Below, piece after piece: positions 52,631-60,720 of a stretch of 64,000 bases of DNA. This stretch comes from an uncultured Acetobacteraceae bacterium (GTDB taxonomy: Bacteria > Pseudomonadota > Alphaproteobacteria > Acetobacterales > Acetobacteraceae), in NCBI GenBank assembly GCA_964401305.1, contig CAYNYQ010000001.1:98-64097 (forward strand), in the 5' to 3' direction. Positions within the stretch are counted from its first letter, which is position 1, and the number at the start of each line of letters is the position of its first letter. Made by a program: the position numbers and the translations under genes. Below the pieces are notes generated by a model. The model saw nothing but the letters and a program-made list of their open reading frames with translations, was not told the DNA's origin and did not search any database.

Positions 52631-52663
52631 CCGGGGGAGGGGCTGATCTGCCACCTCCCCCGG
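52631..52663 (-). promoter_or_regulatory. perfect 10-bp stem-loop at early/late junction
   Basis: CCGGGGGAGG-13 nt-CCTCCCCCGG, about 20 nt upstream of the first packaging-side gene, inside a 180-bp intergenic region (52610..52789). Confidence 0.45.
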
Positions 52664-52789
52664 TTGCCGGTGCGCGCCGATTAGCAGGGATATGTGCCAC
52701 CCTTGTCTCCCGCCCTGCCTGCTTTCGCATATCGGCACACGGACCCATCCGGCTGGTCCTATGGAGGTGCCCGGGAGGGGGTGTCTCGT

Positions 52790-52996
52790 TCATCGCGGCT
52801 GCTCCGGGAACAGCTCGGCGAGGTCGGGCCGGAACTCCCGCGCCCGCTTCTCGCCGTTCATCAGCACGAGTAACGCCCAGTCGTGGCGCTGCCGTGGCGT
52901 CGGCTGCGTGTCCACCAGCATGGTGACGCCGTCGCGGCTGTCGTTCGTCCCGGCGCGGATGACACGGATCTCGGGAAGCTTCGCGGCAGCGCTCAT
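52790..52996 (-). CDS. hypothetical protein
   Basis: The ATG at 52996 overlaps the upstream stop (ATGA). 68 aa. Confidence 0.5.
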   Translation of the reverse strand: MSAAAKLPEIRVIRAGTNDSRDGVTMLVDTQPTPRQRHDWALLVLMNGEKRAREFRPDLAELFPEQPR

Positions 52997-53319
52997 GGCT
53001 GCACCTCCAGCGGCTCGGGCTGGCAGGGCATGCCGTCGCTGGTCAGGTAGATCGGGGGCCGGGAGAGGTGCGCGATGCGCTCCTGCGCCGCCTCGAAGCT
53101 GTGAACCTTGGCAATGGGCACCCAGTCGAGGTGAGCGAACGGAGACCAGCATTTCTTCAGCAGCAAGAACGAGCCATCCTTGGCCGGTTCTACCAGATAG
53201 GGCGGAGTGGCTTCGAAGGCCGCTCGCCTCCTGTCCTCGCGCATTTTTCTGTACTCTTTTGACCGAGTTGTCTCGGCCTCGCGCTTGCGTTTAGCGTTGT
53301 TCCAGAAATCCCATTTCAT
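52993..53319 (-). CDS. hypothetical protein
   Basis: 108 aa with a GGGAGA RBS. Confidence 0.55.
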   Translation of the reverse strand: MKWDFWNNAKRKREAETTRSKEYRKMREDRRRAAFEATPPYLVEPAKDGSFLLLKKCWSPFAHLDWVPIAKVHSFEAAQERIAHLSRPPIYLTSDGMPCQPEPLEVQP

Positions 53320-53335
53320 ACGTTCTCCCTGTGGT

Positions 53336-53995
53336 TCATGGTTCGATGCGGTGCGCCTCGGTCAGCGCGGCCATGATCTGGCCAAGCGTGCGCTGCCCAG
53401 GCGGTGCGGGCTGGCGGGTGCGCGGACGGTACGGCTTCTCGAGCAGCTTCGCGGCGCGCCGCCGGAGACGCTCGATGCGGCGCATGTGCGGATAGGCGAG
53501 GTCGGCGAGCTGCTTGGCGCGCGGAAACCACTTCTCGCCGCTGTCCCGGTACTGGTTGCAGGCCTCGACCAGCACGGCCTCGGGGAGGTGGCCGATGTCG
53601 TGCCAGTAGTCGTCCAGCATGGGGGCGAGCAGGCTCGGGTCGCGGAATTGCTGCGGGTAATGCAGCGCCAGCTTTGAGAGGTGCGCGGCGAAGGCCATGC
53701 GCGTGGCGGGGCGCAGCGCCTCCTCGAACACGGCCTCGGCCTCGACCAGCTCTGCGCGGGTCTTCGGCCCGATGGCGGGAAGGGGGCGTGTGGCGAGGTT
53801 CACCGGGCCCGTGCTGCGGGCGATGTCGACCTGCCCGTGTTCGTCGAAGGCGTGCGTGCCGTCCCAGTCATACCTCTCCTCGGTCAGCAGCCCACTGACG
53901 CGCTCCGACAACGAAAGCCTCGTGAGCGGAGAGGGGCCTGTCCCTGCCGGGGCCGGAGCGGTGGGGGCGCGATGCGTTGCTGGCAATGTCTCCAT
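53336..53995 (-). CDS. hypothetical early protein
   Basis: ATG at 53995 with a GGAGGA RBS. The track start at 54112 is less likely. Confidence 0.5.
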   Translation of the reverse strand: METLPATHRAPTAPAPAGTGPSPLTRLSLSERVSGLLTEERYDWDGTHAFDEHGQVDIARSTGPVNLATRPLPAIGPKTRAELVEAEAVFEEALRPATRMAFAAHLSKLALHYPQQFRDPSLLAPMLDDYWHDIGHLPEAVLVEACNQYRDSGEKWFPRAKQLADLAYPHMRRIERLRRRAAKLLEKPYRPRTRQPAPPGQRTLGQIMAALTEAHRIEP

Positions 53996-54578
53996 GGATT
54001 TCCTCCACTGTGATGGTTTTCGTTCGTTGGCGGATGCTCTCCGCGATGTCCCGGTCGAACATGGCGAGGCTGGCGCGGGGCGGCTCGCGCCCGCTGGCGA
54101 TGTGCCGCTCAATCACCGGCTTCACGTCCAGCTCGGGAATGGCCCCGGACCTCAGCCAGGCGATGGCCGGACCGGCGATGTAGATTCTCTGGTTGCCGAA
54201 GCGCGCCTGAATCCATTCGGTCAGCTCCACAGCCTGAGCGACCACGTCCTGCGGCGCCTCGACGCGCGCGGCGTCGGCATCGGCGAGCGAGGGGCTGGGG
54301 GGATTAAGGGGGGGTTCGGGAAGGGGTGCAGGGGAAGGGCAAGGGGGGCCATCAAGGGGGGAAGGGGTGTCTGCGCCGTCCGCAGTTGTCCGCAGACTCA
54401 GCAGACGCTTTTCCTCCTCGCGCTTGAGCCTTTTGCGCTCCGCATCGCTGGCCCGCCGCCGCTCGGCAGCTTCGTCTTTCGGCGCATGAAGTTCCATGTC
54501 GGCCACGGCAGCGACAATTGCTTCTGCCGTCATACCGGCGGCCAGCATGTGCCGGACAGCCTCGGCGATCATGCCCAT
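53868..54578 (-). CDS. hypothetical early protein with Pro-rich linker
   Basis: ATG at 54578 or 54572 next to the upstream stop. N- and C-terminal domains are joined by PSPLDGPPCPSPAPLPEPPLNPPSPS. The 3' end overlaps the next gene by 128 nt. Confidence 0.45.
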   Translation of the reverse strand: MGMIAEAVRHMLAAGMTAEAIVAAVADMELHAPKDEAAERRRASDAERKRLKREEEKRLLSLRTTADGADTPSPLDGPPCPSPAPLPEPPLNPPSPSLADADAARVEAPQDVVAQAVELTEWIQARFGNQRIYIAGPAIAWLRSGAIPELDVKPVIERHIASGREPPRASLAMFDRDIAESIRQRTKTITVEEIHGDIASNASRPHRSGPGRDRPLSAHEAFVVGARQWAADRGEV

Positions 54579-54955
54579 GACAGCACTCCGAGGTCTTTGA
54601 CCCCGACCATGATCGATGGCGGGGTTGGTATCGGCACATCGTGGGGCCGCCAGAGGTGAAGGCAGAACGGATGATTGTTGACGTACTCGGACTGCGGAGG
54701 GTGCAGCTGCATCACGCACTCTTCCGGCTCGAAGAAGAGATCCTTCAATTGGCACATCTCCTCCCAACTCGGACACCGGGTGCTGAGCGATGCGCTCAGG
54801 TGATCCCATCCGTAGTCGGTGCTGATGATGACCTTGACTACGGGGCCTTTCGGCAGCCGCACTTTGAACATCCCAAAAGGGTCGCCATAGCATGTTGCGA
54901 AGGTGCCGATGGTGACGCGGTAAGGCTCGATGAGCGGGTTGGGAAATGGTCTCAT
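54569..54955 (-). CDS. conserved phage protein
   Basis: WDHLSASLSTRCPSWEEMCQLKDLFFEPEECVMQLHPPQSEYVNNHPFCLHLW is a recurrent phage family (W.HvSvS...R.PtWeEM..vK..F) as I recall it. Confidence 0.6.
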   Translation of the reverse strand: MRPFPNPLIEPYRVTIGTFATCYGDPFGMFKVRLPKGPVVKVIISTDYGWDHLSASLSTRCPSWEEMCQLKDLFFEPEECVMQLHPPQSEYVNNHPFCLHLWRPHDVPIPTPPSIMVGVKDLGVLSWA

Positions 54956-55467
54956 CGCGGCCCCCGATCTGGGGCGAAGGCCTTATGGGAGACGCGCTCG
55001 CCTCTAGATTGCGCGTCCATACGCCGTGCGAATTCTCGGCATACGTCGTCGGGGTGAAGGTCCGCCATCCGGCAAAGGTCGTTAAGGTCAGCCTTTCGCT
55101 GAGGATTCTGGAAAAGGCTGCGGTCCCAGTCTTCGAGCGCCATCAGCACGACTGCCCTCCATAGGGCGACACGTCGCCGGTGGAATTCGGGATCCTCGGG
55201 GATAGGTCGGTAGAACCCGCCGCCGTCGCCGGGGTCTTCGTCGACGGAAGCGAGAAGCTGCCGACGCGGGCCATCATCTCGTCGCGGCTGGGCTTCGGTT
55301 GCGGGCTTCGCCGCGATCCTGTCGAGGATGTCGTTGCCGGGGATGGGCTTTCGCTCGGGCCGTGGTGTCCATGGCTGGGCGGTGACGGCAGGCTTTCGGA
55401 CGACGGTGGCGGAGCGCTCTTCACTGCATCGCGCAGCTCGGTCATCGCGTCGATCGCGGCGCTCCAC
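54952..55467 (-). CDS. protein with ADLHPD-box domain (5' limit unresolved)
   Basis: FHRRRVALWRAVVLMALEDW...ADLNDLCRMADLHPDDVCREF is paralogous to the N-domain of 56193..56618. GTG start at 55467. Overlaps 55143..56045 by 325 nt in the -1 frame. Confidence 0.45.
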   Translation of the reverse strand: MERRDRRDDRAARCSEERSATVVRKPAVTAQPWTPRPERKPIPGNDILDRIAAKPATEAQPRRDDGPRRQLLASVDEDPGDGGGFYRPIPEDPEFHRRRVALWRAVVLMALEDWDRSLFQNPQRKADLNDLCRMADLHPDDVCREFARRMDAQSRGERVSHKAFAPDRGPR

Positions 55468-56045
55468 CCCTCGCCACTCGCTGAGGGAGACGATGCGGGT
55501 GGCAGAGGCGGCGGCGGGTCTTCGCTCTGCTGGGGCTGCTTTCCCAGCAAGGCGTCCGCCGGGGCCTCCTCCGTAGCTCTCGGCTCCTTCGCACTGCGCG
55601 GGATCAGCCCTTCAGCGCGAAGCTGGCCGAGATAGGTGTGCACCGAGGTACGCTTGCAGTCGGCGAACTCCATCAGCTCGTCGGCGGTGCGGAGGCCTTT
55701 GTTCCAGCCTTCGAGCACGAGCATCTTCTTGGTGGGTTGCAGCGCCGTGGGAGCGCTGGCCGTCTCGGCGGGCAGCTCGTTGCGCGGAAAGGCAACGGGC
55801 ACCCCCTGCGGTTCTGGCGTGGGCGTCGAGGCGGCGATCAACGTCGCTGGGTCGAGCAGCGCCCTCCGCTCCTCCTGCGTCACGGTGACCGTCACCGGGG
55901 CAGGGGCCATGGCCGCGCCATACTCGAGGCCCGCGATGAAGCCGTGGATGGCGCCGGGGCCGTGCTGATCGACGAGGGCCGCGCCGCGCTTCAATGCGTC
56001 GAGAACAAAGGAATGAAGATTAGGACCTGAAACGCCAGTCGCCAT
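55143..56045 (-). CDS. HTH protein (3' third doubtful)
   Basis: VLEGWNKGLRTADELMEFADCKRTSVHTYLGQLRAEGLIP is paralogous to the HTH of 56193..56618. After about residue 210 the frame becomes Ser/Pro-rich and overlaps a better-looking frame. Confidence 0.45.
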   Translation of the reverse strand: MATGVSGPNLHSFVLDALKRGAALVDQHGPGAIHGFIAGLEYGAAMAPAPVTVTVTQEERRALLDPATLIAASTPTPEPQGVPVAFPRNELPAETASAPTALQPTKKMLVLEGWNKGLRTADELMEFADCKRTSVHTYLGQLRAEGLIPRSAKEPRATEEAPADALLGKQPQQSEDPPPPLPPASSPSASGEGWSAAIDAMTELRDAVKSAPPPSSESLPSPPSHGHHGPSESPSPATTSSTGSRRSPQPKPSRDEMMARVGSFSLPSTKTPATAAGSTDLSPRIPNSTGDVSPYGGQSC

Positions 56046-56192
56046 AAATACCCCATCCCCATGCGAGTTATGGTGGGGGTGGCAGCATGGATGGGGTTAC
56101 ATGCGCTGAACTTTGGTAGCGAACCGAAGTCGCCACCCCGTTCGCTAGTTTATTGTTCCCTAATCATTCTGCAAGCGGTATTTACGCAACAC

Positions 56193-56618
56193 TTACACGC
56201 GACCCCGATAGAGTCGCGGTATTGGGTGCCCCTGCTTCCTGAGGGCGATCAGGTGGCGTTTCACCGTGACGGACTCCAGCCCGGTATGCCGCGCTATGTC
56301 GTCTCGCGTCCTGCACCCGGCGTTCCATGCGTCCAGCACGCGCTGCGGGGCGGTCTTCTCCGGCTTGAAGATTGGCAGCGCCTCGCCCCGGCGATAGCAG
56401 CGCAGCACGTAGTCGGGATGGAGGTCGGCCCAGTCGCAGACGCGCTCGAAGTCTGCCCGCTGGCTTCGCCGCTCGAACCAGGCACGGGCCTCCGCGACGT
56501 ACCGCTCGCGCAACCCGCTGCCGTTCCCGTCGATCACCACCACGCCGGACGCTTCCAGCAGCGCCTCCTGAATCACGCGCCGCCACAGGTAGACGCAGTC
56601 ACCAGCCGGATCCGCCAT
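56193..56618 (-). CDS. ADLHPD-box + HTH protein
   Basis: 141 aa. LWRRVIQEALLE...ADFERVCDWADLHPDYVLRCY, then VLDAWNAGCRTRDDIARHTGLESVTVKRHLIALRKQG. Confidence 0.6.
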   Translation of the reverse strand: MADPAGDCVYLWRRVIQEALLEASGVVVIDGNGSGLRERYVAEARAWFERRSQRADFERVCDWADLHPDYVLRCYRRGEALPIFKPEKTAPQRVLDAWNAGCRTRDDIARHTGLESVTVKRHLIALRKQGHPIPRLYRGRV

Positions 56619-56621
56619 ACC

Positions 56622-57206
56622 CTACCGGAACTTGCCCGCCGGCTCGCCGTAGGCCAGCTCGAAGAGGCGGGGCACGGTGACGATGACGCCGCCGACGCGG
56701 ATGATCTGGTGGCCTCCATGGCGCTCGAACGTCACCTCCTCGCCCTTCCCGGTCAGGATGCCAGCGGCATGGCCGACGCTGCGGGGCGGCGGGGCTGGCC
56801 GGGTGTCCGTCTCCGGCACCGTGATCTTCGGCCCGTCGTCCTTCCGTCGTCTGGTCAGTTTGCGCGGTACCTCGCCGTCCTGTCGGTAGAAGGTCAGCAC
56901 GGCCTTGACGCGGTGCCCCGGGATGCCGAGCCGCGCCGCGACCTGCTCGCGCTTCATGCCCTGCTCGGTGGTGAGCCGGATAATCTCCGCGCCCTGCTCG
57001 ACAGTGTAGGCGGGAACCCCCTGCTTCGGCTGACAACCCTTGCGCCGGTCGATCAGGTGCAGCCCCTTGGCGCGGTACACGCTGGCCCGCCAGCTCGCCG
57101 CCGCGTGCGTCGTCTCCAGCCTGGCCAACACCTCGTCCATGGAGAGGCTGGCGTCGTTCCAGAGGCGCTCGAACGTGCGGGCCGCGTCGTCGGGGAAGCC
57201 GGTCAT
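56622..57206 (-). CDS. HTH-containing early protein
   Basis: The ATG at 57206 overlaps the upstream stop (ATGA). GMKREQVAARLGIPGHRVKAVLTFYRQ is HTH-like. Confidence 0.55.
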   Translation of the reverse strand: MTGFPDDAARTFERLWNDASLSMDEVLARLETTHAAASWRASVYRAKGLHLIDRRKGCQPKQGVPAYTVEQGAEIIRLTTEQGMKREQVAARLGIPGHRVKAVLTFYRQDGEVPRKLTRRRKDDGPKITVPETDTRPAPPPRSVGHAAGILTGKGEEVTFERHGGHQIIRVGGVIVTVPRLFELAYGEPAGKFR

Positions 57207-57577
57207 GTCAGGCGCACCTCGATTCCGAGGCAGGCCTTCATGAGGCGCTTCTTCAGCTTGAACTCGGGGGTCTCGAAGCCCTTGGTGTCCTCGACGATCA
57301 CCTCGCCCGTGGTAAGGTCGCGATACCGGAAGTCTCCGACGTAGTCGGCGATGTGGTGGCCGTTGACCTCCAGCCGGAAGCGGGGCTGGCACTCGATGGG
57401 GCCGATCGTGCCGTCTCGCTGGAGGATGAGGAGCGCGCCGTACCGCTTCGCCTCCTTCTTTGAGTGGAAGGTGCGCCCGAACGCCGTGACCTTCCGGGCC
57501 TTGTATTTCGTCCCCCGGGCGGCGCGGTCAGCGGCAAGCTGCGCCTGGTACTCCGCTGCGCTGATGGTCTCTGTCAT
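57203..57577 (-). CDS. DUF1064 nuclease-like protein
   Basis: KYKARKVTAFGRTFHSKKEAKRYGALLILQRDGTIGPIECQPRF....IADYVGDFRYRD..GEVIVEDTKGFETPEFKLKKRL matches the DUF1064 pattern. Confidence 0.7.
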   Translation of the reverse strand: MTETISAAEYQAQLAADRAARGTKYKARKVTAFGRTFHSKKEAKRYGALLILQRDGTIGPIECQPRFRLEVNGHHIADYVGDFRYRDLTTGEVIVEDTKGFETPEFKLKKRLMKACLGIEVRLT

Positions 57578-57816
57578 ACACCTGCCGCGACAAGGTCATC
57601 CCCATAACCGCCGCTGAGGACGGTGCGCTGCACGACGGGCGGAGCGTTCAGCCGGTTCTGCAGGCTGTCGATCACCTGCTGTTGCCGGTGGAACTCCCCG
57701 GTGAGCTTGTCCAGACGAGCGGCGAGAGGCAGCAGAAACTCATCGACCAGAACGTCAGGGGAAACACGTGCATAGAGATCATCACGGCGGGAAAGAAGGG
57801 CATCGTACAGGCTCAT
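57574..57816 (-). CDS. hypothetical protein
   Basis: 80 aa with overlapping start and stop codons. Confidence 0.5.
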   Translation of the reverse strand: MSLYDALLSRRDDLYARVSPDVLVDEFLLPLAARLDKLTGEFHRQQQVIDSLQNRLNAPPVVQRTVLSGGYGDDLVAAGV

Positions 57817-58049
57817 ACGTTAGTCCTCCGCCCCTCGATGATCCAGCGATGCGCCTCGGTCATCGCGGCGTCGAGCGTGGGGAAGATGCCGTCCGTGCCG
57901 ATCTTCGCCTTCCCGCGCTGCTTGGGGGAGAGCTTCAGGCAGCGCACCACGGCGGTGCCGTCCTGCGCCTCGGTGATGCGGAACGCGCGACGCGTGATCT
58001 CGTCGGTGAACATGAAGTCGGACTTCGGCGCAGGCTTAGGCAGTGACAT
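57813..58049 (-). CDS. hypothetical protein
   Basis: ATG at 58049 with a GGAGGA RBS is preferred over the track start at 58088. Confidence 0.5.
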   Translation of the reverse strand: MSLPKPAPKSDFMFTDEITRRAFRITEAQDGTAVVRCLKLSPKQRGKAKIGTDGIFPTLDAAMTEAHRWIIEGRRTNV

Positions 58050-58491
58050 GGGCTTCCTCCGTGTCGGTTGGTGGCAGTAGGTGTTCATTGGGGAAGGGCA
58101 GCTCGAAGCCGAACTGGGCGTAATGCGCCCTGATCCGCGTCATGAAGTCCTCGCATTCGGTGGTGGTGTATTGGGCCGTCGATTTCAGGACGACGACATC
58201 GTTGCCGGAGATGCCCCGGCGAATGGTCTTCAGGCCGAATTCCTGTTTCAGCATGTCCTTCACCTCCTCAGGTGAGAGGAGCTGTCCTGCTTCGAGGTGG
58301 GCTTGCTGGACGGCAGCGAAGAAGGGGCCGTGCATGAAGCGGTTCTGCTGGCAGCTCCGACGCTTCCCAAGCAGCTCGATGGTGATGCGGACGCGCTTCC
58401 CGGCGAAGTGCGAGAGAAGGATGCGAACCTGATCCGCCTTGCTGAAGCGGCCCTGCTCGGTGATCCTTCCCTCGAACTCGCACTTGGTCAT
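58036..58491 (-). CDS. NinB/Orf-like recombination mediator
   Basis: GKRRSCQQNRFMHGPFF and LKSTAQYTTTECEDFMTRIRAHYAQFGFELPFP parallel lambda NinB RNRSLDQNRKLW and QSTSRMRVGEFAELLELIQAFG. Confidence 0.5.
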   Translation of the reverse strand: MTKCEFEGRITEQGRFSKADQVRILLSHFAGKRVRITIELLGKRRSCQQNRFMHGPFFAAVQQAHLEAGQLLSPEEVKDMLKQEFGLKTIRRGISGNDVVVLKSTAQYTTTECEDFMTRIRAHYAQFGFELPFPNEHLLPPTDTEEAHVTA

Positions 58492-58498
58492 AAACGGC

Positions 58499-58834
58499 TC
58501 AGGCGGCGTCCTTCATCATGTCGTCGAAGCGAGCCTGCGCGTTGCGCCACGTCGCCTCGTGCAGGTGGTCGCAGAAGCGCAGAAGCTGGGCGTCGTCGCT
58601 TTCTGTCATGCCGGTCTTGGCAAGGGCGAAGGCATGGTTGGCTACCTGCCGCGAGGTGACGATGGAGAGCACGGAAAACGTGATGCTCATGATCTCCGGG
58701 ACGTTCAGGGCGTCATTATGAAAGGCCCGCTTGTTGAACTTGTCGAACACCGCGTCGATCTCGGTGATGAGGCGCTTCGCTTCCGGCCCGATCTTGTCGA
58801 TGCTGGTACTCTGTAGGCTTGCGTTGATTTCCAT
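58499..58834 (-). CDS. hypothetical protein
   Basis: ATG at 58834 preceded by GAGGAGGA. Confidence 0.55.
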   Translation of the reverse strand: MEINASLQSTSIDKIGPEAKRLITEIDAVFDKFNKRAFHNDALNVPEIMSITFSVLSIVTSRQVANHAFALAKTGMTESDDAQLLRFCDHLHEATWRNAQARFDDMMKDAA

Positions 58835-58844
58835 AGGTTCCTCC

Positions 58845-59288
58845 TCAGAATGGAATTTCGTCATCTAATTCAGGCGCTTGGGATGGTGCGGCAGCGCGAC
58901 GGGCGGGGGGCGCTTCATCGTCGCCAGTCCCGCCGTCGCGCTTGCTGTCGAGAAGCAGCAGCTTCGCGTCGAAACCTTGCAGCACGATCTCGGTGCTGTA
59001 TCGCTCGGCTCCGTCGTTGTCCGTCCACTTCCTTGTCTGCAACTTGCCGGAGACATAGAGCTTGCTGCCCTTGTGGACGTAGTTCCGCACCACCTTCACC
59101 AGCCCTTCGCTGAAGATGGAGACGCGGTGCCATTCGGTGCGGCTCTGGCGTTCGCCGTCGGCGTCCTTCCAGCTTTCCTCCGTGGCGAGGGATAGGTTTG
59201 CGATTTCCCGGCCATCCCGCGTCGAGCGGATTTCGGGGTCACGTCCCACGTTGCCGATGAGAGTGACGCAGTTCAGAGAGCCAGCCAT
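58845..59288 (-). CDS. ssb: single-stranded DNA-binding protein
   Basis: LNCVTLIGNVGRDPEIR...TEWHRV.IF......V..Y..KGS.LYV.G.LQTRKW OB-fold pattern and an acidic tail ending DDEIPF. Confidence 0.9.
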   Translation of the reverse strand: MAGSLNCVTLIGNVGRDPEIRSTRDGREIANLSLATEESWKDADGERQSRTEWHRVSIFSEGLVKVVRNYVHKGSKLYVSGKLQTRKWTDNDGAERYSTEIVLQGFDAKLLLLDSKRDGGTGDDEAPPARRAAAPSQAPELDDEIPF

Positions 59289-59317
59289 TGTTTCCTCCTT
59301 GTCTGGTTGTCGTGTTA

Positions 59318-59980
59318 TCAGCGGATGGAGACGCCGGATTCCTGGAAGATGTCCAGCCCCGGTATCTCGCGCGCGCCGCTGGTGATCGCTTTGCGGACTG
59401 CCACGGCATCGACCTGCACAAGGTCTGGCCGTGCGGCGGCGAGGGCCTGAATGTCCGTGAGGCTGAAGGTCCAGCGTTTCTGGATGACGCTCGTGGCGTC
59501 GGTGGCCTTGCCTACGTTCACCTTCTCTGGCTCGGCGCGTACCTGCACCGCCTGGCGAAGCGCCACCTCGGCCTGCACAGCGTTTCCGGCCTCCTCCTCC
59601 GCTGCGGCCTTGGCAAGCAGAGCAGCGCGCTCTTCTTCCTGACGCTTCCTCGCCTCGGCCAATAGCTCGGCCTCACGCTTGCGCTGGTAGTCGAGGATGT
59701 TTCGCTTCACCATGTCCTGCGCGATGGCGAGCGGCTCGGTGATGCGCTTGAAGCGGTCGTTGATCGCCTTTACGCCGTCGTTGAATGGCTTCACCATCGC
59801 CTTCCGCTCTTTCTCGGCGAGGTCGGCGTGTCGCTTGATGCGACCAGCAAGGTCGATGCAGGCGGCAAGGGAGTTGTCGTCGAACGCCGTGCAGGTGTTG
59901 GCCTCGTCGATGAGAACTTGCACCGCGCCGCTCAGGCGCGCTTCGGGTTCGCTGGTCTGTGCGTGTGCAATCGCATTCAT
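59318..59980 (-). CDS. coiled-coil recombination-module accessory protein (Gp157/DUF1351-like position)
   Basis: ATG at 59980 with an AAGGAG RBS. Located between the SSAP and SSB genes. Long Ala/Glu/Lys/Arg helix. Confidence 0.45.
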   Translation of the reverse strand: MNAIAHAQTSEPEARLSGAVQVLIDEANTCTAFDDNSLAACIDLAGRIKRHADLAEKERKAMVKPFNDGVKAINDRFKRITEPLAIAQDMVKRNILDYQRKREAELLAEARKRQEEERAALLAKAAAEEEAGNAVQAEVALRQAVQVRAEPEKVNVGKATDATSVIQKRWTFSLTDIQALAAARPDLVQVDAVAVRKAITSGAREIPGLDIFQESGVSIR

Positions 59981-60018
59981 AGATTCTCCTTGTTGATTCG
60001 GTTGTTGTTCAAGGTACG

Positions 60019-60720
60019 TCATGGCGCAGCCGTCCCGACCGTCGCCACGATCTCCTTCTGCTTCTTTGCCTTGGCAGCGGCGGCACGCTTGGCGACAGCG
60101 GGATAGGTGGCGGCGTTCTCCGTTACCCATGAGCGCCAGCCGTCCGAAACGGTGGCCAAAGCCTCCGCGTCCTCGGCCTCCGCGATCTGTGCTTCCAACC
60201 GGACAAGCTCGGCCTCGATGTCATCGGGCAGCGGCTTCTCGGGCGCGGGAGTGGGCTTGGCGGCTGGCTTCGCCGCCTCCTGCTTTTCCTTCTTGAGCGC
60301 GGCGACATAGCGGTTGTCGTCGAACTTGCCCTCGAACACGTCGGCACTGAAGCCGATATAGGAGAGCGCCTTGGTGATCGCGTCCGTGGTCGCCTTCTTC
60401 GCGGCGTCCTCGTCGAGGTGCACCTTGCCGTGCTTGTCGGTGCTCGCCAGTGCGTTCGTCGCGCACACAGGGAACGCTTCGCTGCGCTTCCCATCGTGCA
60501 CGTACCAGAGCTTCACGATGGCAATGGCGAGGCCTTCCTGAAAGCGGAACTCCGCGTCATAGCCCCAGCCTGTTCCAATCGGGCCGAACACGTCGGTCGC
60601 CCGTTTGATCTGATAGTAGCTGTCGATGGCGGTGAAGCCGCCGCGCTGGTTGATGTGTCGGGTGCGGTCGGGGTCGGTCGTCTCTACCGACTGCCAGAGT
60701 GCGAGGTTTCCATTCAGCAC
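60019..60720 (-). CDS. Rad52/Sak-like single-strand annealing protein
   Basis: DEDAAKKATTDAITKALSYIGFSADVFEGKFDDNRY is the Rad52-family SSAP signature (K.A.TDA..K.L...G...D.). GTG start. Confidence 0.7.
   Translation of the reverse strand: MLNGNLALWQSVETTDPDRTRHINQRGGFTAIDSYYQIKRATDVFGPIGTGWGYDAEFRFQEGLAIAIVKLWYVHDGKRSEAFPVCATNALASTDKHGKVHLDEDAAKKATTDAITKALSYIGFSADVFEGKFDDNRYVAALKKEKQEAAKPAAKPTPAPEKPLPDDIEAELVRLEAQIAEAEDAEALATVSDGWRSWVTENAATYPAVAKRAAAAKAKKQKEIVATVGTAAP

Noticed and set aside
54290-54375. A G-rich tract (GGGG runs) considered as a repeat or G-quadruplex element.
   Set aside because: It is the antisense of a Pro/Ser-rich linker (PSPLDGPPCPSPAPLPEPPLNPPSPS) inside a coding frame. 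Composition is explained by the codons, and no tandem repeat unit is present.
55380-55470. Programmed -1 frameshifting as the explanation for the 55143..56045 / 54952..55467 overlap.
   Set aside because: No X XXY YYZ slippery heptamer is present in the zero frame of the overlap. A mutation, a sequencing error or true overlapping genes are more likely, and this is reported as an open finding instead.
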